A stretch of DNA of 64,000 bases from Patescibacteria group bacterium (GTDB taxonomy: Bacteria > Patescibacteriota > Minisyncoccia > Moranbacterales > UBA2206). The notes beneath the pieces were generated by a model. The model had not been told where the DNA came from. It made no database searches and saw nothing but the letters and a program-made list of their open reading frames with translations. The position numbers and the translations under genes are program-made. How positions within the stretch are numbered: the first letter of the stretch is position 1; the number at the start of each line of letters is the position of its first letter. Location: contig JAKLFF010000002.1 of assembly GCA_022711335.1 (NCBI GenBank), positions 82,988-146,987 on the forward strand, in the 5' to 3' direction. This document shows, one piece after another, positions 45,902-55,468 of this stretch.

Positions 45902-47677
45902 ATGTTTAGAAAAACTTCAGCGGTTTCCGGACTGGCACAGACCTTTCCGGGCGTAGCCGTAACACCGAAAACCGCCGAAAAAAAGGCGCCTTCTTTCCGT
46001 CCGGCCGGAAAAAGCAACCTTAAAATTATCCCTCTCGGAGGATTAGAAGAAGTCGGACGCAATATGACCATATTTGAATACGGCCATGATATTATTATTG
46101 TCGATATGGGCCTCCAATTCCCTGACGAAGACATGCCGGGAATTGACTACATCATTCCCGATGTGTCCTATCTCAAAGGAAAAGAAAAAAATATTTTGGG
46201 AGTCATCATTACTCATGGACATTACGACCACATCGGAGCTATTCCGCACATTATGGAAAAAATCGGCAACCCGCCGATTTATATGACGGAACTTACCCGC
46301 GGGATTGTAATGAAAAGGCAAGAAGAATTCAAAGATAAATCCCCGCTCAACATCCATACTGTAAAAAAAATAGACCGCATGCGATTGGGATCTTTTAATA
46401 TTGAATTTTTTCATGTCAATCATACTATTCCTGACGCGGTTGGATTGTCGATATCAACCCCGGTTGGAACCATAATTCATACCGGTGATTTTAAATTCGA
46501 TCATTCTCCGATATCCGACGCTCCAGCCGATATTGCCAAAATTGCGCGGCTGGGAAGCGAAAATATTCTGGCTCTCATGAGCGATTCGACTGACTCGCGC
46601 ACTCCCGGATATTCCCTCTCCGAATCGAGAATTTCCAAAACTTTGGAAGAAATATTCGAACACACCGAAGGACGGCTGATTATCGCCACTTTTTCCGCCC
46701 TTATTTCCCGTATCCAGTCAGTAGTAAATGCCGCGGAAAAATATGGAAGAAAACTGGCAGTCGACGGATATTCCATGAAAACCAACGTTGAAATCGCGAG
46801 AACCTTGGGATATATCCAGGCCAGAAAAGGAACTTTCATCCCTATTGGAAAAGTCAATGAATATCAGGACAACAAGGTGGCAATAATCTGCACCGGAGCG
46901 CAAGGAGAATCCAACGCTGTTCTTATGCGGATCGTAAACGGAGAACACCGATTCGTGAAAGTCCATAAAGACGACACCTTTGTGCTTTCCTCTTCGGTCA
47001 TTCCGGGAAATGAACGAACTGTCCAGGCCATTATGGACACGATTTATAGAAAGGACGCTAAAGTGATAAATTACAAAATGATGGATGTCCATGCCGGAGG
47101 GCACGCCCGACAGGAAGATCTCAAAATGATGATCAATCTCGTCCGTCCAAAATACCTGATCCCCATTCACGGAAACTATTTTATGCTAAAGCTCCATGGT
47201 GAACTGGGTACATCAGTGGGCATGGATCCGAAAAATATCTTGATTGGAGAAAATGGAAAAGTGATTGAATTCGATTATCGCGGAAACGGAAAGGTGACAA
47301 ACGAAAAAGTCCCAACCAATCATGTCATGGTGGACGGATTGGGCGTTGGCGACATCGGGCAAGTTGTTCTTCGCGACCGCCAGGTTCTGGCCAAAGACGG
47401 CATGTTTGTAATCACAACTATTGTTGACGGGAAAACAAACAAAATCATCGGAAAGCCGCAAGTAACCTCGAGAGGTTTCATATTCGTCAAGGAAAATTTC
47501 GACCTGGTTAATGCCACGAAAAAGAAAGTGGAAGAAGTCATTACCCAGAAAACCACGCCTAACGAACCGGCCAATTGGGATTATGTAAAAAACAACATTA
47601 GGGAAGTCGTCGGACAATTCCTCTATGCCAAAACCCAACGAAGACCGATGGTGCTGCCTGTTATCATAGAAGTTTAA
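45902..47677 (+). CDS. rnj: Ribonuclease J (metallo-beta-lactamase / beta-CASP RNase)
   Basis: Has the HxHxDH motif IITHGHYDHIGAIP and beta-CASP motifs. The N-terminal extension is unusual and the alternative TTG start at 45887 is possible. Confidence 0.85.
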   Translation: MFRKTSAVSGLAQTFPGVAVTPKTAEKKAPSFRPAGKSNLKIIPLGGLEEVGRNMTIFEYGHDIIIVDMGLQFPDEDMPGIDYIIPDVSYLKGKEKNILGVIITHGHYDHIGAIPHIMEKIGNPPIYMTELTRGIVMKRQEEFKDKSPLNIHTVKKIDRMRLGSFNIEFFHVNHTIPDAVGLSISTPVGTIIHTGDFKFDHSPISDAPADIAKIARLGSENILALMSDSTDSRTPGYSLSESRISKTLEEIFEHTEGRLIIATFSALISRIQSVVNAAEKYGRKLAVDGYSMKTNVEIARTLGYIQARKGTFIPIGKVNEYQDNKVAIICTGAQGESNAVLMRIVNGEHRFVKVHKDDTFVLSSSVIPGNERTVQAIMDTIYRKDAKVINYKMMDVHAGGHARQEDLKMMINLVRPKYLIPIHGNYFMLKLHGELGTSVGMDPKNILIGENGKVIEFDYRGNGKVTNEKVPTNHVMVDGLGVGDIGQVVLRDRQVLAKDGMFVITTIVDGKTNKIIGKPQVTSRGFIFVKENFDLVNATKKKVEEVITQKTTPNEPANWDYVKNNIREVVGQFLYAKTQRRPMVLPVIIEV

Positions 47678-47695
47678 AATCTGATTGTATTGTAG

Positions 47696-47722
47696 AGACG
47701 CCCCAATGGGGCGTCTTTTTTG
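47696..47722. terminator. Bidirectional rho-independent terminator
   Basis: agacgcccc-aat-ggggcgtct followed by ttttttg. A convergent gene ends on each side. Confidence 0.7.
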
Positions 47723-47731
47723 TTCTATGTT

Positions 47732-48085
47732 TTATGTTATTCTCCGAAAAGTTATCTTATAAACCGGCTCGTAGGAATTGTCATATTGGTCTTTGACGGC
47801 CACCGTTTTTCCGTCCATAAGCGTGCTCATGGCGACATCCGTTATCATCTCGTTCAGTTCCTTGGCTCTGGCCTTCAGTTTTTCAAATTCATCCCATCTT
47901 CCGCCCATTCTTGACTGGGTTATGCTTTCGATTTGCTTCTTTTTTTCTTTTAACTCTTTAAGTTTTTCTTCAGTTTCTGGAAACTCGTTGGCATTGCCCA
48001 GCGCGTCTTTATATTCCTTTCTTATTTCCTTTTGCTGCTTTTTATTTTCTTCGAGTTCGCTATAAATCTCCTGGATGTCTCGCAT
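47732..48085 (-). CDS. Hypothetical coiled-coil protein of 117 aa
   Basis: K/E-rich with no recognisable domain. Its ATG lies inside the 4-bp target duplication of inverted-repeat element copy 2. Confidence 0.5.
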   Translation of the reverse strand: MRDIQEIYSELEENKKQQKEIRKEYKDALGNANEFPETEEKLKELKEKKKQIESITQSRMGGRWDEFEKLKARAKELNEMITDVAMSTLMDGKTVAVKDQYDNSYEPVYKITFRRIT

Positions 48086-48087
48086 AC

Positions 48088-48214
48088 CCGGTAGTAGAAT
48101 TTTGACTTTTGAATATAAAAATCAAAATCCCATGTTATTATTTAATTAATTATTTTTAACCACGTTTAACCTCAAAACACTGACTCCCGGATCAGTCAAA
48201 ATTCTACTACCGGG
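48088..48214. mobile_element. Inverted-repeat (MITE-like) element copy 2, 127 bp with perfect 20-bp terminal inverted repeats and target duplication CATA
   Basis: cccggtagtagaattttgac ... gtcaaaattctactaccggg. cata lies immediately outside both ends; on the minus strand it reads TATG and supplies the start codon of the gene at 47732-48085. Confidence 0.7.
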
Positions 48215-48363
48215 CATAATCTAAATTTTAAAAAATTAAAATATAGCCGGATCGGCTACAGAAATATTTTAGCATGAATTTAAAATGTAGGGAACGCATA
48301 TATGCGTTCCCTGATACTTGATACTTGATACTTTATGCCCATTACTTTATACTAAAACCATGA

Positions 48364-48504
48364 CCCGGTAGTGAAATTTTGACTGGCTTTTCTACAGAAA
48401 AGCCAACAACCGGGCTAATGTTTTTTTGCAAAAAATAATTATTTTGTGCATAAATAAAAATTTTGGCTTTTATAAGCAATAGATGTCAAAATTCTACTAC
48501 CGGG
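48364..48504. mobile_element. Inverted-repeat (MITE-like) element copy 3, 141 bp with 20-bp terminal inverted repeats and target duplication ATGA
   Basis: cccggtagtgaaattttgac(tggc) ... gtcaaaattctactaccggg. atga at 48360-48363 is repeated at 48505-48508, and the right-hand copy is the trpS ATG. Confidence 0.72.
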
Positions 48505-49506
48505 ATGAGCAAACAGCGCATCTTTTCCGGCGTTGCGCCGTCCGGAAACATACATATAGGCAACTATCTTGGAGCCATTAAAAACTGGGTTAAGCTTCAA
48601 GACGAATGCGACTCTATTTTTTGCGTGGTTGATATGCATGCTATTACCCTGCCAAGAGATCCGGAGGAGCTTAGAAAAAAAACTATCGAAGTAGCTAAAA
48701 TTTATCTGGCTAGCGGAATCGACTTAGAAAAATCGACTTTATTTATACAATCTCATATACCCGAACACGCGGAATTATCCTGGATATTAAACACAATCGC
48801 CCGAACCGGCGAAATGTCCCGCATGACCCAATTCAAGGATAAAGCTGAACTTCACAGTGGAAATAGCAGCACCATGGAAAGTGTGCCGCTTGGAATATTT
48901 AATTATCCGGTATTAATGGCCGCTGATATTTTACTCTACGACACGCAAGTGGTTCCTGTCGGAAAAGACCAGCTGCAGCATATTGAAATTACCAGAACCC
49001 TGGCTAATAGATTTAACAAAAGATTCGGCAATACCTTTATTGTTCCTGAACCTTATATCACAAAAGAAGGAGCTAATATCATGGGCCTCGACGATCCAAC
49101 TAAGAAAATGTCAAAATCCGCTAAATCTGACTACAATTACATTGCTCTTAATGACTCCGAAGAAGATGTCCGGAGAAAAATCAAAAAAGCTGTCACTGAC
49201 AGCGGATCGGAAATAGTTTATAGAGATGATAAACCGGCGCTGATGAATCTGATTAATATTTATTCCCTACTCTCAGATAAACCCGCCAAAGAGATTGAAA
49301 AACAATATAAAGGTAAAGGCTACGCTGAATTCAAAACAGATTTAGCTGAAGTTATTATAAAATTTATGAATCCTTTTCAGGAAAAAATGAATGATCTTTC
49401 GGATGAAAAAGTTCTTGAAATCCTTCGCGAAGGCGCCGAAAAAGTCCGCCCGATCGCCAAAAATAAGCTTGATGAAGTCAAAAAAAAAATCGGCTTTGTA
49501 TTGTAA
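48505..49506 (+). CDS. trpS: Tryptophan--tRNA ligase
   Basis: MSKQRIFSGVAPSGNIHIGNYLGA has the HIGH-class motif and KKMSKSAKS is the KMSKS motif. The start was chosen at the ATG abutting the element; the ORF-track TTG at 48463 reads through the element. Confidence 0.9.
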   Translation: MSKQRIFSGVAPSGNIHIGNYLGAIKNWVKLQDECDSIFCVVDMHAITLPRDPEELRKKTIEVAKIYLASGIDLEKSTLFIQSHIPEHAELSWILNTIARTGEMSRMTQFKDKAELHSGNSSTMESVPLGIFNYPVLMAADILLYDTQVVPVGKDQLQHIEITRTLANRFNKRFGNTFIVPEPYITKEGANIMGLDDPTKKMSKSAKSDYNYIALNDSEEDVRRKIKKAVTDSGSEIVYRDDKPALMNLINIYSLLSDKPAKEIEKQYKGKGYAEFKTDLAEVIIKFMNPFQEKMNDLSDEKVLEILREGAEKVRPIAKNKLDEVKKKIGFVL

Positions 49507-49558
49507 AAAATACGTGTTAAAATATAACCAACTGAACTCATATCCAATTTCTTTTTTT

Positions 49559-49635
49559 GTCATTCCCGCGAAAGCGGGAATCCAGTGGATAAGCTGTAAA
49601 ATTTAAGGCTAGATTCCCGCTTTCGCGGGAATGAC
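49559..49635. repeat. 77-bp double-hairpin palindromic element downstream of trpS
   Basis: gtcattcccgcgaaagcgggaatc ... gattcccgctttcgcgggaatgac has perfect 24-bp inverted arms, and each arm contains its own palindrome TCCCGC-GAAA-GCGGGA. Confidence 0.7.
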
Positions 49636-49719
49636 CCGGTCAATAGTTTTGTCTTAGTATGAGCTTATTTAAAATAAAAATTAGGATTAATTAAGTATCA
49701 GCTAACTAAAATAAAATCT

Positions 49720-50547
49720 ATGCAAATAAGAGAAATAATGACACGTGATGTCATTTATGCATCACCTGACACAAACATTTCTGACGTGGCTGACATTATT
49801 TTTCGCAATAAGTTTCATGCCATACCTATCGTGGAAAATAATAAGGCAGTCGGGATAATTACCGAAGATGATTTTTTCTTGAAAGGGCACAATGACATGT
49901 ATTTGCCTTCCTTCATCCGGTCTATCCAGCAAAATAAAGTTGCCGAAAGAATCCCCCGGGATATAAAAGACAATATAAAAAAGCTCCTGGATGCCAAAGC
50001 CAGTGATCTTATGACAAAAGATCCGGTTTGCGTTCCCGAAGATCTTCCTGTTTCGGAGCTTATGGAACTTATCCGAAAGACAAAATTCACTACCTTTCCA
50101 GTAGCCGATCGAGACAACAATATTTTGGGAATTGTCACTTTAGTTGATGTTATCGGAACCGTAAGCGACGGATCAAAGGAAATACGAAAAATAATTTCCC
50201 AAAATGGCGAAATAAGAGAAATCGACAAACTGGTCCAGGCAGTCCATCCCTACTGGCGCGATACCTTTGTTCTTATGAACAAAAAGAAGGTACAGAGCTG
50301 GAAAGGCATGGCTTATATAGGCATTGTAACTGCAGCAGTTGCAATTATGGCTTCCGTGTTTATATTGAAAAACAAAAGCGCTTGCGAGCTGGATAATCAA
50401 AAAGATGCGCCGATAAGTTGTCTGCGGTTCACTTACACGGATTGGAGTCCATGCAATGACTTAGGGACGCAAACCAGAGAAGTCGTTGAAAAATTGCCCC
50501 AGGGATGCACTGGAGGATATCCGGAAATTTCTAGAAAATGCCAATAA
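49720..50547 (+). CDS. CBS-pair domain protein with a TM segment and a Cys-containing C-terminus
   Basis: Has two CBS motifs (IMTRDVIYASPD...HAIPIV and LMTKDPVCVPED...TTFPVAD), a TM helix MAYIGIVTAAVAIMASVFIL and a C-terminal domain with 5 Cys. Confidence 0.65.
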   Translation: MQIREIMTRDVIYASPDTNISDVADIIFRNKFHAIPIVENNKAVGIITEDDFFLKGHNDMYLPSFIRSIQQNKVAERIPRDIKDNIKKLLDAKASDLMTKDPVCVPEDLPVSELMELIRKTKFTTFPVADRDNNILGIVTLVDVIGTVSDGSKEIRKIISQNGEIREIDKLVQAVHPYWRDTFVLMNKKKVQSWKGMAYIGIVTAAVAIMASVFILKNKSACELDNQKDAPISCLRFTYTDWSPCNDLGTQTREVVEKLPQGCTGGYPEISRKCQ

Positions 50548-50574
50548 CCGGCAAATATATCTTAAAAATACCAA

Positions 50575-50606
50575 AAAACTCCCATATGGGGAGTTTTATT
50601 TTTTCT
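50575..50606. terminator. Bidirectional rho-independent terminator
   Basis: aaaactccc-atat-ggggagtttt followed by a T-tract. Confidence 0.6.
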
Positions 50607-50625
50607 CGCTAAACAAAATAATTTG

Positions 50626-51117
50626 CTAAAAACCTTCTTTCTTGCATCCGGTGTTAGTGCACCAGATGTGTTTTGTATCTTTTATAAGACCGTAGCAGAA
50701 CTGTCCGGTTTCGGAACTTCCTCCGCAAGAACCATTATTATATGCCCCGCAAGGAGCTGGAAAGGAATTGTTATTGTAGCTTGGATTACACCAAATAAAA
50801 TCAGGATTATTATAGCTCCATCCATCTCTTGATATATCAGGCCAATCAGAATATGCCCCGACGGAACACATACTGGTTGAAGCACCAGCAGGACTCGTCA
50901 GCTGGGGAGTCCCTCCATCCGTGAGACACATGTAAGCCGCTGAAGCCGTGCTTTTTAAGGAAGTAAGGGCTGCATTGTTGGCTGCTTTTTCCCGAGAAGA
51001 GCCGATGCTAACCAAAATAACTGAAGCCAAAATCCCAATAATACATATTACTACCAATATTTCTATCACTGTAAAACCCCTCTTCTCAAAAAAAACATTT
51101 TTTTTGTTTTTTCCCAT
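50626..51117 (-). CDS. Type IV pilin (major-pilin candidate, 163 aa) with a Cys-rich C-terminal domain
   Basis: The classical prepilin N-terminus is KRG|FTVIEILVVICIIGILASVILVSI. The C-terminus has 10 Cys. Confidence 0.72.
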   Translation of the reverse strand: MGKNKKNVFFEKRGFTVIEILVVICIIGILASVILVSIGSSREKAANNAALTSLKSTASAAYMCLTDGGTPQLTSPAGASTSMCSVGAYSDWPDISRDGWSYNNPDFIWCNPSYNNNSFPAPCGAYNNGSCGGSSETGQFCYGLIKDTKHIWCTNTGCKKEGF

Positions 51118-51179
51118 AAATAATCTTTTAACTTATTCTGACTTCATTTTATCTTACTTTATAAAAAAAGCCAAACTGT

Positions 51180-52526
51180 CTAACTTCTGATTATTTTCAA
51201 AACCTCATCTCTTTTTTCTTCCATAAGCTCTTTTGTCTTTGCTTCAAGATTCATTCGCAGTTTTGGTTCAGTATTGCTTGGCCGGACATTGAACCACCAG
51301 TCCGGAAAGTCAATTCGAATTCCATCCAGCTCGTCTAGTTTTCCGTCGCTGTATTTTTCCTTGAGCTTATTCATAACCGCTGTCTTGTCAGCAACATCGG
51401 AATTAATTTCCCCGCTATGAAAATATCTTTTAAGTTCCCCAGCTAGTTCCGACATTTTTTTTCCAGTTTCGCCCATAAGATTGAGAACGGTAAGCACTGC
51501 AAGTGTTGTCATTTCTGTTTTTTTGTTTTCTTCGAAAAAATAATGTCCGGAAAGCTCTCCGGCAAAAATAGCCCCCTCATCGCGCATTTGCTTCTTTATA
51601 AGCGAATGTCCCACCCGGCAGTTATGCACTTTTCCACCCGCTTCCAGGATAACTTCTCTAACAGCATTGGAAGAACGAAGATCCATCAGAACTAGTCCGC
51701 CTGGATTTTCTGCAAGAATCTCCTTGGCCAAAATAGCAATCAAATAATCCATCGGCACTATCTCCCCTTTTTCATCAACAAAACCGACTCTGTCCGCATC
51801 GCCGTCATAAGCCACTCCCAGATCGGCTTTTTCCGAAATTACTTTTTCCTGCAATTTTTTCAAAGTTTCCAGCTTTATCGGATTGGCCTCATGATTCGGA
51901 AAAGATCCGTCCAGCGTATCATACATATAGACAGCTTCTATAAATTCTGGAAATTTTTCATAAATTTTCTTATCCAAAATGCCTGCAGCATTAGCAAAGT
52001 CGATAACAATTCTCTTTTTTCCTTTTTTTTCAAAAAAACCGGAAACATATTCAACATATTCATCCCGAAGCTTTTCATTTTCTGAAACACTGCCTTTTTT
52101 TTCAACGCTTGGAAAACTGCCTTCAACCGCTAAATCCCTAATTTCTTCCATCCCATCTCCTTCTCCGATCGGAATGGCGTTTTTCCTGCAAAGTTTGAAG
52201 CCATTATACTGAGCCGGGTTGTGCGAGGCTGTAATCATAACTGCTGCATCCACATCCATTTTCCAGGAAGCGAAATAGAGCATAGGAGTTGTGGAAAGGC
52301 CTATTTTTACCACATCAGCTCCCTGACCAGCCAATCCTCTTGTTAAACTTTTTTCCAGCTCCAATGAAGAACCTCGCATATCAAATCCAACGGCTACTTT
52401 TTTGGCTCCTGTATAAGCAATAAGCGCTCGTCCGATATTATAGGCGGCGTTTTTATTTATTTCTTCCGGATAAATTCCTCGAATATCATAAGCCTTAAAA
52501 ACGACTGGATTTATTGTTTTTTCCAT
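51180..52526 (-). CDS. Phosphoglucomutase/phosphomannomutase family protein
   Basis: Has the active-site Ser motif TASHNPAQYNGFK and the metal-binding DGDADR. Confidence 0.85.
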   Translation of the reverse strand: MEKTINPVVFKAYDIRGIYPEEINKNAAYNIGRALIAYTGAKKVAVGFDMRGSSLELEKSLTRGLAGQGADVVKIGLSTTPMLYFASWKMDVDAAVMITASHNPAQYNGFKLCRKNAIPIGEGDGMEEIRDLAVEGSFPSVEKKGSVSENEKLRDEYVEYVSGFFEKKGKKRIVIDFANAAGILDKKIYEKFPEFIEAVYMYDTLDGSFPNHEANPIKLETLKKLQEKVISEKADLGVAYDGDADRVGFVDEKGEIVPMDYLIAILAKEILAENPGGLVLMDLRSSNAVREVILEAGGKVHNCRVGHSLIKKQMRDEGAIFAGELSGHYFFEENKKTEMTTLAVLTVLNLMGETGKKMSELAGELKRYFHSGEINSDVADKTAVMNKLKEKYSDGKLDELDGIRIDFPDWWFNVRPSNTEPKLRMNLEAKTKELMEEKRDEVLKIIRS

Positions 52527-52722
52527 AAAATAAGTTAATGATTATTGCCTTTATAATAACAAATAAACCGCTATTTTTCCACTTTTTTACAAAAATCTTA
52601 TTTATACACTATATATAGTATGAAAATAAGAAATTCAATTGTTTGCTGTTAGATCTGCGGACTATTGCTTTAGCTTTGATAATATTATATGTTAGTAACA
52701 CTGGAATAAAAAAAATAATCGT

Positions 52723-53772
52723 ATGAAGATAGGAATTGTCGGCCTTCCTAACGTCGGAAAGTCTACCCTTTTCAAGGCTCTTACCAAAAATCCGGTGGAT
52801 ATTCAAAATTATCCTTTTTGCACCATAGAACCGAATGTCGGAATTGTTAAGGTACCTGACGAAAGACTCCAGAAACTGGCTGAGATGTCGAAATCTAAAA
52901 AAATTATTCCGACCGTCATCGAATTTGTCGACATCGCCGGACTTGTTAAAGGCGCTTCGACCGGAGAGGGCTTGGGCAACAAATTTCTGGCCAATATCCG
53001 CGAAGTGGATGCCATTGCGCAAGTGGTCAGGGCCTTTGACAATGATAAAATCATCCATGTTCACAACAAAATAGATCCCGCGTCTGATATTGAGATTATT
53101 AACACTGAACTGATTCTGGCTGATCTTGAAACCGTAAGGAAAGTTAGAACGAGATTAGAAAAAGATGTGCGTGGGATGAAAAAAGATGCCAAGAAACAAT
53201 TATCAATTTTAGAAAAAATTCAAAAAACACTCGAGGAAGGAAAATTGGCCGTAGAGACGCAATTTATTGCGTCTTCCGATGAAATTACACGGCAAATCGT
53301 CCGCGAATTATCTCTTTTGACTGCAAAACCATTTTTATATGTATATAACGTCAGTGATATTGATAATAAGCTGACTGATGCGCTTGAAGATAGAAGCCAT
53401 GTCAAGCTCGATATTAAAATCGAAGAAGAACTGATTGAAATGTCGAAAAAAGAAGCCCAGGAGCTGGGAATTAGATCAAATTTAGATGAGTTGGTTTTGA
53501 AAGCTTATGAAATCCTTGGCTTAATCACCTTTCTAACCACCGGTGAAGACGAAAGCCGCGCCTGGACGATTAAAAAAGATTCTACCGCTCCCCAGGCTGG
53601 AGCTGCTATTCATACCGACTTTCAAGAAAAATTCATCCGGGCGGAAGTGATAAATTGGGAAGAATTATTAAATTGCGGCTCCTGGAGCAAAGCCCGAGAA
53701 ATGGGAAAATTAAGATTGGAAGGAAAGGAATATGTTGTTCAAGACGGCGATGTAGTAGAATTTAAAATCTAA
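52723..53772 (+). CDS. ychF: Ribosome-binding ATPase YchF (Obg-like GTPase family)
   Basis: Has the G1 motif MKIGIVGLPNVGKSTLF, G4 NKID and a C-terminal TGS domain. Confidence 0.9.
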   Translation: MKIGIVGLPNVGKSTLFKALTKNPVDIQNYPFCTIEPNVGIVKVPDERLQKLAEMSKSKKIIPTVIEFVDIAGLVKGASTGEGLGNKFLANIREVDAIAQVVRAFDNDKIIHVHNKIDPASDIEIINTELILADLETVRKVRTRLEKDVRGMKKDAKKQLSILEKIQKTLEEGKLAVETQFIASSDEITRQIVRELSLLTAKPFLYVYNVSDIDNKLTDALEDRSHVKLDIKIEEELIEMSKKEAQELGIRSNLDELVLKAYEILGLITFLTTGEDESRAWTIKKDSTAPQAGAAIHTDFQEKFIRAEVINWEELLNCGSWSKAREMGKLRLEGKEYVVQDGDVVEFKI

Positions 53773-53789
53773 AAACCATTTGATTTATA

Positions 53790-53819
53790 AAAAAGGCCAG
53801 GGAAATCCCTGGCTTTATC
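53790..53819. terminator. Bidirectional terminator hairpin
   Basis: ggccaggg-aaa-tccctggc followed by tttat. Confidence 0.55.
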
Positions 53820-54240
53820 ACTGGTAAAAAAGTTCAATGCAACGATCCGTGTCTGCTATTATATCGAATATTTCGATTTTGTCCGGATCGACAAATTTCC
53901 ATTTGACATGCTCTTTGGAAAGCTGGATTTTAATCCTTCGTCCGTCCAGATCATGGCGGTATACATAATAAACGAAACTCAGTCTGGGAAATATCAGATA
54001 AACCTTACCCAGTGAATCAAGGTTATCCGTTCTGATTCCAGTTTCCTCTTCAAGTTCCCGACGTATTGCATCATCGGGTTTTTCATCTGCCTCTATCTTG
54101 CCTGAAGGAATTCCCCATTTGTTGGGATAAAGATCATCTTCCGGTCTTTTAAGAAGAAGGATTTTCTTCTTGCAAACGACCAGGCACCCAACAGCTTCCA
54201 AATCCGGTTCAAATTCCGGCGGTTTTTCAAGGTATAGCAT
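53818..54240 (-). CDS. NUDIX hydrolase
   Basis: The Nudix box is GKIEADEKPDDAIRRELEEETGI. The start was chosen at the internal Met (MLYLEKPPEF); the longer ORF begins at 54354. Confidence 0.68.
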   Translation of the reverse strand: MLYLEKPPEFEPDLEAVGCLVVCKKKILLLKRPEDDLYPNKWGIPSGKIEADEKPDDAIRRELEEETGIRTDNLDSLGKVYLIFPRLSFVYYVYRHDLDGRRIKIQLSKEHVKWKFVDPDKIEIFDIIADTDRCIELFYQ

Positions 54241-54250
54241 ACTTAGCTCC

Positions 54251-55468
54251 TTATCCTTTCTGAGGAGGGGGTGGAAAAAAACCAGCCCATTTCTTATATT
54301 CCCGAGACCGGCGCCCTGCTGGACGAAATGAAATAACTTTAGTAATTGCTTCAAAGCAATATTTTTCCCGAATCGCAGGATCTTTGATATCTACTTCATC
54401 CCACGATCCCCCTTCTTCCAGTTTCCGAGTGGGAATCTCCTTGCCGATAACAACCTTGAAAAAATATTCTTCCATAGTCGAAATCGCAGGATTTGGATTG
54501 AACTCGACTTGATATTCGTCCTTAAACCCACTTTTTGTTTGAAGGGTTACCCAATACATTCCCCCTTTATGGGGTTTTTTCTTATCAGCCGGTTTCCACT
54601 GGATGATTATTTTATCGCCGTTAGCGCAAATAACTTCCTCTGAATCAGAAGTGCCGGATACGACCGTTTTGACCTTGTCCAGAACCATTTGTGCTAACAA
54701 GTTACTACCTTCCAATGGCTGGATATTTTGGGGAACATTAGGATTTCCCGGACCAAGGCGAGTAAACATTCCGTCATGCCAAAGAATAAATTTGACAGGA
54801 CGCTTCACTGAACTGTAATGACCAGTGGATACATAGTCATCAATAGTTTTAATCCCCCAGCATGTCTTGATTTGCGGTACTTCGCCCCAGTAATTCTCCG
54901 GATGGACTACGAATTTACGCCCAAACTGAAAAATTCCATATTCCTCTAACTCGGAAGGAATAACCAGATCGCCTGACACGGCTTGATCTCCGATGGCAAA
55001 AAACCAGGGTTGAAACGGTCCGCAACGTACTCGGCGCTTGCATCCCGGTTCTCTTTCCAGATCTCTTTTTCCATTTTTGTATTTCCCCCAGGCAACAATA
55101 GCTAATTCCTCCGTTTCAAATTCATAGAACGAATTGGCACCGATACGGCCGGCCGGAAAATCATACTCGTCCTGCGCATAGACAATAATTTCCCATTTTC
55201 CTTCTGGAGGATTTTCGATTTTCAACGCTCCCTGAAATCCATCAAAAAGCTTTTTTCCTTCTTTCTCCAGGGGATGAATTATGTATCTCGAAAGACGCTC
55301 GAAACCATCGCCAACCCATCGAGTTGTGGCCGGTTCAATACTGTTAACTTTAGCGCCAAGAACTTGTTTTATTTCTTCAACATCTTCACTCGTAGGACAA
55401 ATAAAATGCACTATTTGTCCGTCTCTTGTCAGGCTTTCTCCCAAACATCCTCCACTTTTCTGTCTCAT
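54251..55468 (-). CDS. Hypothetical protein of 405 aa with no recognisable domain
   Basis: A long ORF with good coding appearance and a W/G/P-rich soluble protein, upstream of and co-oriented with the NUDIX gene. Confidence 0.5.
   Translation of the reverse strand: MRQKSGGCLGESLTRDGQIVHFICPTSEDVEEIKQVLGAKVNSIEPATTRWVGDGFERLSRYIIHPLEKEGKKLFDGFQGALKIENPPEGKWEIIVYAQDEYDFPAGRIGANSFYEFETEELAIVAWGKYKNGKRDLEREPGCKRRVRCGPFQPWFFAIGDQAVSGDLVIPSELEEYGIFQFGRKFVVHPENYWGEVPQIKTCWGIKTIDDYVSTGHYSSVKRPVKFILWHDGMFTRLGPGNPNVPQNIQPLEGSNLLAQMVLDKVKTVVSGTSDSEEVICANGDKIIIQWKPADKKKPHKGGMYWVTLQTKSGFKDEYQVEFNPNPAISTMEEYFFKVVIGKEIPTRKLEEGGSWDEVDIKDPAIREKYCFEAITKVISFRPAGRRSREYKKWAGFFPPPPQKG

Noticed and set aside
48463-48504. 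TTG-initiated N-terminal extension of trpS
   Set aside because: It is a read-through of inverted-repeat element copy 3. The conserved TrpS N-terminus begins at the ATG at 48505.
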